Source: an uncultured Verrucomicrobiae bacterium (GTDB lineage Bacteria; Chlamydiota; Chlamydiia; Chlamydiales; Rhabdochlamydiaceae). From it: 64,000 nucleotides of DNA. Under the pieces are notes generated by a model. That model saw only the letters and a list, made by a program, of their open reading frames with translations. It was not told where the DNA came from and searched no databases. The number at the start of each line of letters is the position of its first letter. Within the stretch, counting starts at the first letter, position 1. The stretch lies in NCBI GenBank assembly GCA_963806855.1, contig CAWDYW010000001.1, positions 384,001 to 448,000 of the forward strand, read 5' to 3'. Below, piece after piece: positions 36,497 through 46,562 of the stretch. Made by a program: the position numbers and the translations under genes.

Positions 36497-39400
36497 TTCC
36501 TATCTTTTCCTACGGTAGAGGGCGCAGTATCTCCCCCATTATTGCTAGTGCCAGGAGTTGCTGCAACGGAGTTTCCCTTCATGGCTACAAGAGTTCGTTT
36601 AATATCATTGACCTCAGCAGTGACAACCTCTTTTTGCGCCCGCGCCAATGCTGCTTGAGCTCGTTCAACATCTGCCAATGCCTTAGCTAAGTCAACCTCT
36701 CTTTGTAACTTCTCAGTTAAAACTGGCTCCCCTCGCGGAGTCACTGCACGAGCCTGTTGTTTTTGCTCTAATCCGGTACGATATTTAGCGAGTTTTTGCT
36801 CTTCTTCGATTTTTAGTCGTTGCTCTTCTGCGATTTTAGTTTTGTTGTCTGCAGCCTCTCTATTCAGTCTTTCGATTTGCTCTCTAGCTTCGGCCACTGT
36901 TGCAGGAGGAGGAGCTGTAGGTCTTTTTTTCCTGAGAGTAGTAGTTGCGGAGGGTTTCGCTTCCGATCCAACTTGGGAATGGTCTGCTGAAGATTTTGAA
37001 CGCTCGAGCTCTGCCGTTTTTTCTTCGAGTTGGCTCCTCAATCTTGCCATGTCCTCTTTTGCACGTTCGAGTTCACTAGAGAGTTGGCGTTTGGCTTGAG
37101 TTTGATTTTCGAGTTCAACTTGTAGCTTAGGATCTCTTTCAGCACTGCGCTTTAAGGCTTCAAGCATTGAGGCTTGGTATGCAATGTGTTTTTGCCTATC
37201 ATCAAGATCTTCTCTCACACCGAGCAATTGGGCTTTGGCAATCTCAAGATCTCTTTCGATGTCCCTTTTGGCTTCAGTTTGCCTTTCAAGCTCAGTGATT
37301 CTGCTTTGCTTAGCTGCAAGAGCTTCCCTCACGCCTGACAATTCACCTCTGGCAGTAGCAAGAGCTTCAGAGAGTTGGCGATTGGCTGCAGTCTGCCTTT
37401 CAAGCTCAGCGATTCTGCTTTGCTTAGCTTCAAGATCTTCCCTTACGCCTGACAATTCAGCTCTGGCAGTCTTAAGTTCTTGCTCTGTTTGGCCTTTGGA
37501 TGCAGTCTGCTGTTCAAGTACTGCAATTTGTCTTTGCTTATCTTCAGTATGGCTTCTGAGTGCTTCAATTTCTCTTTGCTGACGTTCAATAACTGACCTC
37601 TCGCCCGTCAATATACCCGTAAGGTTTTGAGAGAGTTGGCTATTGGTTGCAGACTGTTCTTCAAGTGCCGCAATTCTGTTTTCCTTAGCAGCAAGAGCTT
37701 CCCTCACCCCATCCAATTCAGCTCTGGCAGTAATAAGGGCTTGTTCTGTTTCGGCTTTGGATGCAGTCTGTTCTGAAAGTGCAGCAATTTGTCTTTGCTT
37801 AGCATCGAGATCTTCTCTCACACCTTGCAATTCAGCTCTGGCAGTAATAAGGGCTTGTTCGGTTTGCCCTTTGGATGCAGTTAGCGCTTCGAGGTCCGCA
37901 ACTTGTTTTTGCTTACCTTCGAGGGCTTCTCTTACACCGCGTAATTCTTCTGTGGCAGCAAGCAGGGCTCGTTCAGTTTGACCTTTTGATGCAGTCTGTT
38001 CTTGAAGTGCTGCAATTTGTCTTTGCTTACCTTCAAGATCTTCCCTTACTCCGCGCAATTCAGCTCTGGCAGACTCAAGGTCTTGAGAGAGTTGGCTATT
38101 GGCTGCAGTCTTCTCTTCGAGTACAGCAATTCTGCTTTGCTTAGCATCGAGGTCTTGTCGGACTCCTTGCAATTCAGCTCTGGCCGCATTAAGAGCTACA
38201 GAGAGTTCGCTATTGGATGCAGTCTTCTCTTCGAGTAGGGCAATTTGTTTTTGCTTAGCTTCAAGAGCTTCTCTTACACCGCGTAATTCAGCTGTGGCGG
38301 TTTTAAGGTCTTGCTCAGTTTGGCTTTTGGATTCAGTCTGCTTTTCGAGTACTGCAATTCTGCTTTGCTTAGCATCGAGTTCTTGTCGGACTCCTTGCAA
38401 TTCAGCTCTGGCAGTAATAAGGGCTTGTTCAGTTTTGCCTTTGGAAGCAGTCTGCTCTTCAAGTGTTGCAATTTGTCTTTGCTTACCTTCAAGATCTTTC
38501 CTCACTCCTTGCAATTCGGTTCTGGCAGCATCAAGGTTCAGAGAGAGTTCGCTATTGGCTGCAGTCTGTTCTAAAAGTGCTGCAATTCTTGTTTCCCTAG
38601 CCGCGAGATCTCCCCTCACTCCATCCAATTCAGCTCTGGCAGCAATAAGCTCTTGTTCAGTTTTGCCTTTGGAAGCAGTCTGTTTTTCGAGTTCTGCAAT
38701 TTGTCTTTGCTTAGCATCCAGGGATTCTCTTACACCGCGTAATTCCTCTCTCGCAGTAATAAGCTCTTGTTCAGTTTTGCCTTTGGATGCAGTTTGCGCT
38801 TCGAGTTCCGCAATTTGTCTTTGCTTACCTTCAAGAGCTTCTCTTACACCGCGCAATTCAGCTCTGGCAGTAATAAGCTCTTGCTCAGTTTGGGCTTTGG
38901 ATGCAGTTTGCGCTTCAAGTTCTCCAATTTGTCTTTGCTTACCTTCAAGAGCTTCCCTCACTGAGCGCAATTCGGCACTGGCAGAAACAAGAGCTCGTTC
39001 GGTTTCGCTTTTAGATGCAGTTTGCGCTTCAAGTTCTGCAATTTGTCTTTGCTTACCTTCAAGAGCTTCCCTCACTCCATCCAATTCAGCTCTGGCAGCA
39101 ATCAAGGCTTGTTCTGTTTCGGCTTTGGATGCAGTTTGTGCTGCAAGTGCTTCAAGCTGACTTTCCTTTACTTGGAGTTGACCATTCAATTGTTCCAAAT
39201 CGGCCAGTGCTGACGCAAGCTGTCCGGAGAGGCTGCCGTTGTTTACTCTAGATTCCTCGAGAGCTGCAACTATTCCTTCTTTCTCAGCGACTTGCCCTCT
39301 TAGAGATTCCAGATCCCTGTTTGCGGCCCCAAGCTTTTCAGCAAGTTCTCCGTTCGATCTCTTCAGAGGTTCAAGTTCGCCTTTTGCTGCCTCGAGATCT

Positions 39401-40272
39401 TTTGCGAGCTTCGAGTTTCTATCTCTCAATTGCTCGAGTTCTGCAAGTTTGCCTTCTTTATCGTCCAATTGACGTCTCAAAGCTACAAGCTCAGCACCCG
39501 CAGCAAGCTCCTTCTGAGGGTCTGCTTTGGGGCCTTTCTGTAGCTTGAGTGCTCCAAGTTCACGGTCTTTTGCTTCGACTTGACCTTTTAATGCTTCGAG
39601 GTCTCTTTTTGCCGCTGCGAATAGTCGTTTTTGAGTATCGACTGCATCATTCAACCCTTTCCAGGCCGCTGCACAAGGATCGCTTTCTACATCAATAGGA
39701 ACACTCTCAAGGAGATCTTCAAGCTCATCAACTTTTACAATGGCTTGCAATTGACGATTGATGTCTTGAACACCATCAGTGATGGTCTTGAGAGCAGAAT
39801 TCAATTTCTCGACATCGATTGTTCCTTTTGAAGATGCCAAAAGATCTAGACAGGTTCGAACGGCGACGACACCCTTTGCGCCAGAAAGTTCAGACTTGGA
39901 TATTTCTCGAATTCTTTGACGATATACTTCAACCCAATCTTTAGCAGCATTTACCCCAAATACAAGCCCACCGAAACCAAAGAGTTTAAGGCTATTTGAG
40001 TCGGCGCGATTTGCTAAAGCTAAGGCGGCTAATACCACGCCTCCTATCGTATTGCCCAGGGCTGATGTAATCGTCACTCCTCGATCAGCACGGGTAACAG
40101 GAATTTTATTTTGTGTGAGTAGAGGTTGTGCTTCATCAAGTGGTTGTAGGTCCTGATTTGATGTAGTGCTCATTACTCCTCGATCAGCAGGGATAAGAGG
40201 AACTTTATCTTGTTCGAGTAGAGGTTGTGTTTCTCCAACTGGTTGCAGGCTTAGACCTGATGTAGTGCTCAT
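36493..40272 (-). CDS. Inc-like effector: duplicated N-terminal leader, bilobed hydrophobic segment, long 38-aa-repeat coiled coil (1259 aa)
   Basis: GGAG + ATG 40272; hairpin ITSALGNTIGGVVLAALALA...LFGFGGLVFGVNAA; repeat LEAQTASKAETEQALIAARAELDGVREALEGKQRQIAE. Confidence 0.8.
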   Translation of the reverse strand: MSTTSGLSLQPVGETQPLLEQDKVPLIPADRGVMSTTSNQDLQPLDEAQPLLTQNKIPVTRADRGVTITSALGNTIGGVVLAALALANRADSNSLKLFGFGGLVFGVNAAKDWVEVYRQRIREISKSELSGAKGVVAVRTCLDLLASSKGTIDVEKLNSALKTITDGVQDINRQLQAIVKVDELEDLLESVPIDVESDPCAAAWKGLNDAVDTQKRLFAAAKRDLEALKGQVEAKDRELGALKLQKGPKADPQKELAAGAELVALRRQLDDKEGKLAELEQLRDRNSKLAKDLEAAKGELEPLKRSNGELAEKLGAANRDLESLRGQVAEKEGIVAALEESRVNNGSLSGQLASALADLEQLNGQLQVKESQLEALAAQTASKAETEQALIAARAELDGVREALEGKQRQIAELEAQTASKSETERALVSASAELRSVREALEGKQRQIGELEAQTASKAQTEQELITARAELRGVREALEGKQRQIAELEAQTASKGKTEQELITAREELRGVRESLDAKQRQIAELEKQTASKGKTEQELIAARAELDGVRGDLAARETRIAALLEQTAANSELSLNLDAARTELQGVRKDLEGKQRQIATLEEQTASKGKTEQALITARAELQGVRQELDAKQSRIAVLEKQTESKSQTEQDLKTATAELRGVREALEAKQKQIALLEEKTASNSELSVALNAARAELQGVRQDLDAKQSRIAVLEEKTAANSQLSQDLESARAELRGVREDLEGKQRQIAALQEQTASKGQTERALLAATEELRGVREALEGKQKQVADLEALTASKGQTEQALITARAELQGVREDLDAKQRQIAALSEQTASKAETEQALITARAELDGVREALAAKENRIAALEEQSATNSQLSQNLTGILTGERSVIERQQREIEALRSHTEDKQRQIAVLEQQTASKGQTEQELKTARAELSGVREDLEAKQSRIAELERQTAANRQLSEALATARGELSGVREALAAKQSRITELERQTEAKRDIERDLEIAKAQLLGVREDLDDRQKHIAYQASMLEALKRSAERDPKLQVELENQTQAKRQLSSELERAKEDMARLRSQLEEKTAELERSKSSADHSQVGSEAKPSATTTLRKKRPTAPPPATVAEAREQIERLNREAADNKTKIAEEQRLKIEEEQKLAKYRTGLEQKQQARAVTPRGEPVLTEKLQREVDLAKALADVERAQAALARAQKEVVTAEVNDIKRTLVAMKGNSVAATPGTSNNGGDTAPSTVGKDRK
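37190..39160 (-). repeat. ~17 x 114-bp coding tandem repeat
   Basis: Recurrent gcaatttgtctttgctta and aattcagctctggcag blocks at 114-bp spacing; boundaries approximate. Confidence 0.9.
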
Positions 40273-40436
40273 TTCAATTCTCCAATTTGTACGGTCAGTT
40301 TCAATAATGCGTATAGTGTACAAATCGAAGCGATTGATGAGAAGAAAAAATGTTAGACTGTTGCGTACAGCGAGAGTTTGACTGCTGCATCGTAGACTGC
40401 GTCGGGCCCTATTTGATAGAGGCAGAATGGCTCTGC
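40273..40436 (-). repeat. Duplicated cassette: GT9 gene 3' end + promoter + RBS (source 44237-44386; shorter copy 41743-41834)
   Basis: Near-identical aatcgaagcgattgatgagaag(a/g)aaaaatgttagactgttg in all three; minus-strand TTCTCA-N17-TACACT/TAAACT. Confidence 0.92.
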
Positions 40437-40462
40437 TCGCTTAAAATTGTACAAAGTTGAGG

Positions 40463-41742
40463 TTAGTCATCATCACCTACGTCTCTTTCATCTATAGTCT
40501 TGTAGTTTACAAAATTGGTATAGAGTTGATCCAGACACTCGAGTGGCTCTTCTGTAATGGGTTCTTCGGTATCTTTGATTTGCCTAAAGAGCTCAACGAC
40601 CCCTCTTCGCAAATCAGCATCGAGACCTTTCGGTATTAGGGCAGGAAGCAGTATTTCAAACTGCTCAACGGTGATCGCTTGTAGGAAGGTCGTTTTATAA
40701 TTGATGTAATTTTTTAACCCAAACTTGGCAGCGAAATACTGGTCTCTTAACAAATCCTGAATCTGATTTTTTGGGCCAAAGCAAGCTTCGATATCTTCGA
40801 GATCCTGTTTCTTTGTTAGATTTCTGATGATGCGATTATCGTTTAAAAGTCTAATGATCGTATCTGCTTTAAATTTTTTGAGATTGATTAAATCAGTGAT
40901 AAATTTCGTAAACGCGCTCGGCTGTTTTGTCATCTCAAAGGCAATTCGAGGAAAATAATCTGAAACTAGATTCTTAAGAGCTTGAAGTCGAGGTCTTAAA
41001 TTTTCGTCACAATCGCGGCTTGATTCTAGAATGGGTTTCATCTCGTTACAGAAACTGATGATGACTCTGCTCACCATCGGGATATTGTGTTTGAGAAGGT
41101 CTGCAGCACCATAAGCTTTTAAGTTCTGAGTGAGATCCACCCTCATGAGATAGATGGCTTTGGTAACCGCTTCATTTTGATCTTGCAGCTTACCCATGAG
41201 GCCCTTTTTGCGAAGTTCCTCATTTAGCGCTATGCAGAACGATTTATAGTTCATCTTGTGCTTGTCAATGAGTTGCTTTACTTTTGTTGGATCATAAAAA
41301 GCGGCTTGGACACAAGCGCTTAAAAATACTTGAAAATGCGCAGCAAAAGCTCTTGCGTTGGCTTTCGAATCATCGAACATACTATGAATGATTTCAAAAA
41401 CAACTACCTTTTTCTTTCTTTTGCTAATGGGTCTCTTATTGGAGGAGTAACGACACCGAAGTCCACAGGAATTTGTTCGAGAGCCATCTTGCCAGTTTTT
41501 TGTAGATACACCCTTGTCCAATAATAAGCTGCACTTGTTCCAAGCACTAACCCAATTGCCCTAAAGAGTTTGACATTAGTTGAGTTCTGGTTTGCTAAAC
41601 TTAAGGCGACCGATGCCACGCTTCCTAAAGTTGTTCCAACCGCTGATATAATCATCCATCTACGATCAGAGTAGGTAACAGGAACTTGTTCTTGTGCAAG
41701 TAAAGGTGCTCTATCTCCTACTCTTTGCATGTCTACTCTCAT
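40463..41742 (-). pseudogene. Inc-like effector paralog split by a 1-nt deletion in a poly-A run (~41409-41413)
   Basis: 41404-41742 matches the N-terminus of 41915-44236; the ~310-aa domain continues in another frame to 40463. AGAAAAAGG here versus AGAAAAAAGG in the paralog. Confidence 0.85.
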
Positions 41743-41914
41743 TTCAATTCTCCTATTTGTACGGTCAGTTTTCAATAATGCGTATAGTGTACAAATCGAA
41801 GCGATTGATGAGAAGAAAAAATGTTAGACTGTTGAGTAGTGCGATAATAGGGCGGCGGAAGCCAAATCGCATCGTAAATGGACATCTTTGCATCCGTCGC
41901 GCGCAACTCCTAGT

Positions 41915-44236
41915 TTACTGAGCACCATTATCAGAATTGTAGGCTGGGAGATATCGGACCCCTCCCCTCTCCAGCATCTTGCGCTTTGGCAAATTCTCCG
42001 ACATTCCACAATCATCAGTCTCTTCACTATCAACAGTATATATTTCAAAATCGGAATAAAATTGATCCAAGCACTCATGAGCCTTTACTAGTCGCTCTGC
42101 TGTAATAGGTTTTTCGGTATCTTTGAGTTGCCTAAAAAGCTCAACGATCCCTCTTCGCAAATCAGCAGTGAGATCACCTTTCGCTATTAGGGCAGGAAGC
42201 AGCGTTTCAAACTGCTCAGGGGTGATCGCTTGTAGGAAAGTCGTCGTATAATTGATATAATCTTTTAGTCCATACTTGGCAGAGAAATCCTGGTCTCCTA
42301 ACAATTCCAGGATCCGATTTCTTCCGCCAAAGCAAGCTTTGATATCTTCGAGATCTTGTTTCTTTGTGAGATCTCTGATGATGCGATTGTTGACTAAAAG
42401 GTTAATGATCGTATCGGCTTTAAAATCTCTGATATTGATTAAATCAGTGATAAATTTTGTAAACGCGTTCGGCTGTTTTGTCATCTCAAAGGCAACTCGA
42501 GGAAAATAATCTGAAACTAGATTCTTAAGAGCTTGAAGTTGAGGTCTTAAATGCTCCTCACAGTGGCGGCTTGATTCTAGAATGCGTTTTATCTCGTTAC
42601 AGAAACTGATGATGACTCCACCCACAGTCGGAATATTGTGTTTGAGGAGGTCTGCAGCACCGTTAGCTATTAAGTTATCCTGAGTGACATCCGCCCACAT
42701 GAGAACGAGGGCTTTGGTAACTGCAGCAGCTTGATCTCGCACCCTTCCCATGAGTCCCATTTGTTGGAGCTCTTTATTTAGCGCTATGCAGAACGATTTA
42801 TTCCTCTTGTTTTCGTCAATGAGTTGCTGTACTTCGGTTGGATCATAAAAAGCGGCTTGGACACAAGCATTTAAATTTTCTTGAAAATGCGCAGCAAAAT
42901 CATGTGCGTTGGCTTTTGAATCATCGAACATCCTATGAACGGTATCAAAAGCAAAAGTCTTTTTACTATCATCAGTATATATTTCAAAATCGGAATAAAG
43001 TTGATGCAAGCACTCGAGAGTCTTTCCTAGTCGCTCTTCTGAAATGGGTTCTTCAGTATTTTTGATTTGCCTAAAGAGCTCAACGACCCCTATTCGCAAA
43101 TCAGCATTCATATCACCTTTCGCTATTAGGGCAGGAAGCAGTATTTCAAACTGCTCAGGGGTGATCGCTTGTAGGAAGGTCGTCGTATAATTGATATAAT
43201 CTTTTAGTCCATACTTGGCAGCGAAATACTGGTCTCTTAACAAATCCTGAATCTGATTTTTTGGGCCAAAGCAAGCTCTGATATCTTCGAGATCTTGTTT
43301 CTTTGTTAGATCTCTGATGATGCGATTGTTGACTAAAAGGTTAATTATCGTCTCAGCTTTAAAATCCCTGATATTGATTAAATCAGTGATAAATTTTGTA
43401 AACGCGCTCGGCTGTTTTGTCATCTCAAAGGCAACTCGAGGAAAATAATCTGAAACTAGATTCTTAAGAGCTTGAAGTTGAGGTCTTAAATGTTCGTCAC
43501 AGTCGCGGCTTGATTCTAGAATGCGTTTCATCTTGTTACAGAAACTGATGATGACTCTGCCCACGATCAGGATATTGTGTTTGAGAAGGTCTGAAGCACC
43601 GTTAGCTATTAAGTTATCCTGAGTGATATCCTCCCATATGAGATCGATGGCTTTGGTAACCGCTGCAGTTTGATCTCGCAGCCTTCCCTTGAGTTCCATT
43701 TGTTGGAGCTCTTTATTTAGCGCTTTGCAGAACGATTCATAGTTCATCCTGTTCTCGGCAATGAGTTGCTGTACTTTGGTTGAATCATAAAAAGCGGCTT
43801 GGACACAAGCGTTCAAATTTTCTTGAAAATGCGCAGCAAAATCTCGTGCGTTGTCTTTTGAATCATTGAACATCCTACGAATGATATCAAAAGCAATTGC
43901 CTTTTTTCTTTCATTTGCTAATGGGTCTCTTATTGCAGGAGCAACGAAACCGAAGTCCTCAGGAATTTGTTCGGGAGCTATGTTGCGAGTTTTTTGTTGA
44001 TACACCCTTGTCCAATAATAAGCTGCACTTGTTCCAAGCACTAGCCCAATTGCCCTAAAGAGTTTAACATTAGTTGAGGTCTGGTTTGCTAAACTTAAGG
44101 CGACCGATGCCACGCTTCCTAAAGTTGTTCCAACCGCTGATATAATCCTCCATCTACGGTCAGAGTTGGTAACAGGAAGTTGTTCTTGCGCAAGTAAAGG
44201 TTCTCTATCTCCAACTCTTTGCATGCCTACTCTCAT
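41915..44236 (-). CDS. Inc-like effector with two tandem copies of an unrecognised ~310-aa helical domain
   Basis: N-terminal DREPLL, bilobed hydrophobic segment, internal duplication with ~940-bp period. Confidence 0.82.
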   Translation of the reverse strand: MRVGMQRVGDREPLLAQEQLPVTNSDRRWRIISAVGTTLGSVASVALSLANQTSTNVKLFRAIGLVLGTSAAYYWTRVYQQKTRNIAPEQIPEDFGFVAPAIRDPLANERKKAIAFDIIRRMFNDSKDNARDFAAHFQENLNACVQAAFYDSTKVQQLIAENRMNYESFCKALNKELQQMELKGRLRDQTAAVTKAIDLIWEDITQDNLIANGASDLLKHNILIVGRVIISFCNKMKRILESSRDCDEHLRPQLQALKNLVSDYFPRVAFEMTKQPSAFTKFITDLINIRDFKAETIINLLVNNRIIRDLTKKQDLEDIRACFGPKNQIQDLLRDQYFAAKYGLKDYINYTTTFLQAITPEQFEILLPALIAKGDMNADLRIGVVELFRQIKNTEEPISEERLGKTLECLHQLYSDFEIYTDDSKKTFAFDTVHRMFDDSKANAHDFAAHFQENLNACVQAAFYDPTEVQQLIDENKRNKSFCIALNKELQQMGLMGRVRDQAAAVTKALVLMWADVTQDNLIANGAADLLKHNIPTVGGVIISFCNEIKRILESSRHCEEHLRPQLQALKNLVSDYFPRVAFEMTKQPNAFTKFITDLINIRDFKADTIINLLVNNRIIRDLTKKQDLEDIKACFGGRNRILELLGDQDFSAKYGLKDYINYTTTFLQAITPEQFETLLPALIAKGDLTADLRRGIVELFRQLKDTEKPITAERLVKAHECLDQFYSDFEIYTVDSEETDDCGMSENLPKRKMLERGGVRYLPAYNSDNGAQ

Positions 44237-44302
44237 TTCAATTCTCCAATTTAATTATGCGTATAGTTTACTAATCGAAGCGATTGATGAGAAGGAAAAA
44301 TG

Positions 44303-45391
44303 TTAGACTGTTGCGTACAGTGAGAGTTTGACTGCTGCATCGTAGACTGCGTCGGGCCCGATTTGGTAGAGGCAGAAGGGCTCTGCGCATGGTTTGCCAA
44401 GGCAGGGGCGGCAGGTTTTGCGCACCGACAAGGCGATGGCATTTTGCACATGAAAGGGGCCGCAGAGGTTGGGGTCGGTGGGGCCAAAGAGGGCGACGGT
44501 GGGGGTTTTGGCAGCAAAGGCCAGGTGCATCGGACCGGTGTCGTTGGTGATGAAGAGGGTCATTTTTTTGAGTAGGGCGGTGAAGGTGGAGAGATTGAGT
44601 TCGCCAGCAATCGGGATGGCGCCGGGGATCTTGGAGGCGATGTCGAGAATGAGAAGGGCTTCGGAGCGGTCGCCGCTGATGAGGATCTGGCAGCCGAGGT
44701 GTTGGACTAGTCTGCGGCCCACTTCGACGAAGCACTCGGGCGGCCACTGCTTAAATGTGTTTTTGGCGCCTGGGTGAAGGCCGATGAGGGGAATGTGCTG
44801 CGGGATCCCATGTGTCTCGAGAAAACGGCGCGCCGCATGCTCTTCTTCTTTGCGGAGCATCATCTCGAGGCTGAAATCGGCAATGTGGGCTCCGACCTCT
44901 TTGACGATATCAAGACGGCGGGCAATTTCGTGCTGATAGCTCTTTTTGAGGGCCTTGGTCAGCAAAAAGTCGAGGTCTTTGTTGATGCCGGCTGTTCCGA
45001 TCATCTGGGGAGCTTCGAGCATCGCGCAAATGGGGAGGACGAGCCGTTGCGATGTATGGAAAATAAGCACCGCATCAAATTGCCGTTTTTTCAGTGTCCG
45101 TAGATGGCGCAAAAGGGAGATGAGGGTGGAAGAGTTGAGGACGAAAAACTCGTCAATGTGCTTATTGTGCTCGAGGACTTGATAGCCGATTTCGGAGGTG
45201 AGGACGGCGATCGTGCTTTCGGGGAAGGTTTGGCGCAAGGAGCGGATCGCGGGGGTCCCCCAGAGGGTGTCGCCCAGGCCGGTCGTTGAAACGATCAGAA
45301 ATTTGCTGGGGGTTGCTTCATGACGGGGGCGCGTCTCTGCAGGATTAAATGCCCAGAGGAGGGCTTTGATTAATTTGTTTTTCCAACCCAT
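44303..45391 (-). CDS. GT9 family (heptosyltransferase-like) glycosyltransferase
   Basis: GLGDTL..TP, LHPGA...KQWP, TNDTGPMHLA, ALFGPTDP; ATG 45391. Confidence 0.92.
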   Translation of the reverse strand: MGWKNKLIKALLWAFNPAETRPRHEATPSKFLIVSTTGLGDTLWGTPAIRSLRQTFPESTIAVLTSEIGYQVLEHNKHIDEFFVLNSSTLISLLRHLRTLKKRQFDAVLIFHTSQRLVLPICAMLEAPQMIGTAGINKDLDFLLTKALKKSYQHEIARRLDIVKEVGAHIADFSLEMMLRKEEEHAARRFLETHGIPQHIPLIGLHPGAKNTFKQWPPECFVEVGRRLVQHLGCQILISGDRSEALLILDIASKIPGAIPIAGELNLSTFTALLKKMTLFITNDTGPMHLAFAAKTPTVALFGPTDPNLCGPFHVQNAIALSVRKTCRPCLGKPCAEPFCLYQIGPDAVYDAAVKLSLYATV

Positions 45392-45412
45392 GGGCAAAAG
45401 TATAGACGAACT

Positions 45413-45578
45413 GGGGCATGTCGTCAAATTTCGAGTGGCTGAATTCGAGATTATTTTCTCCCTAGGATGCGATAGCAGAGCGGGGGTAATATTAGCAGAT
45501 ATAACCCCCGCTTTGCTATTGCATCCTAGGGGAAAAGAACTCGAATTCAGCAGACTCGGAATTTGACGACACGCCCTA
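45413..45578. repeat. ~165-bp palindromic MITE-like element
   Basis: ~78-bp imperfect arms gggcatgtcgtcaaattt...gcgggggtaatat / atataacccccgc...aatttgacgacacgccc. Confidence 0.88.
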
Positions 45579-46547
45579 ATCCACAATTAAAACGATTTTC
45601 CCAAATGCTTGACTCTGAGTGAGTTTCTCATGGGATAACTCTGCCTCTTTCCAAGAGTGGGTAGACTGGATAATGGGTTTTAAGGTCCCTCGCTCAAAAC
45701 GGGGGAGGGCAAAACGGCTGAATTCGGCGATCAGTTTTTCGATGTATTCGATGGGGCGGTTGCGCAAAGTGGTGCCCGACAGGGTGGCCCATTTTTTCAT
45801 GAGAAGTCTTATGTCAAATTGCTCCACGGTCCCTCCGCCTAAGGTCGCAATGGAGACCATCGCCCCGCCGATCGCTAATGCTTCGAGATTCTCATGGAAA
45901 TAGGGAGCGCCGATGAAATCGAGGATCAGATCTGCTCCATGGCTATCTGTCACCTCATGGACTTTCTTGGCAAATTTGCCATCGGAGGCATTGATCACGG
46001 CATCAGCTCCGAGCTCTAAACACTTCTCGAGTTTATCCTTTGAGCGGCTTGTCCCAATTGTCTTTGCATCGGAGGCTTTGGCCAATTGGATCGCAGCAGT
46101 TCCGACGCCGCTGCCGGCAGCATGGATGAGGACCCACTGCATTGGCTGCAGCTCTCCGATAGTGAAGAGAGCTCCATAGGCTGTGAGGAACACTTCCGGG
46201 ATGGCTGCCGCTTTTTCGAAGGAGAGATTTTTGGGAATTGGCATGCAGCGGGCCTGATGGACCACCACCTTTTCGGCGTATCCACCCCCAGGGAGTAGGC
46301 ACATCACCTTGTCGCCTATTTTGAAGGAGGATTCATGAGAGCCTACTTGCTCGACGATCCCTGCCGCTTCGAGTCCCAAGATAGGGGATGCGCCGGTAGG
46401 CGGGGGGTACTGCCCTTTACGCTGCAGCAGATCGGCATGATTGATGCCGAAGGCCTTGATCGAAACGAGGACCTCCTCCAAACCGGGTTTGGGATCGGCA
46501 ACCTCTTCGAGAATGAGGCGATTTTGTTTTACTATTAAAGCACGCAT
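45576..46547 (-). CDS. NAD(P)H-quinone oxidoreductase (PIG3/zeta-crystallin family)
   Basis: GINHAD..QRKGQYPPP, LGLEAAG, GGGYAE, HAAGSGVG. Confidence 0.92.
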   Translation of the reverse strand: MRALIVKQNRLILEEVADPKPGLEEVLVSIKAFGINHADLLQRKGQYPPPTGASPILGLEAAGIVEQVGSHESSFKIGDKVMCLLPGGGYAEKVVVHQARCMPIPKNLSFEKAAAIPEVFLTAYGALFTIGELQPMQWVLIHAAGSGVGTAAIQLAKASDAKTIGTSRSKDKLEKCLELGADAVINASDGKFAKKVHEVTDSHGADLILDFIGAPYFHENLEALAIGGAMVSIATLGGGTVEQFDIRLLMKKWATLSGTTLRNRPIEYIEKLIAEFSRFALPRFERGTLKPIIQSTHSWKEAELSHEKLTQSQAFGKIVLIVD

Positions 46548-46562
46548 TAACTTCTATATAAC

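Noticed and set aside
45392..45586. 65-aa N-terminal extension of GT9
   Set aside because: It is a translation of the palindromic element, starting inside qor.
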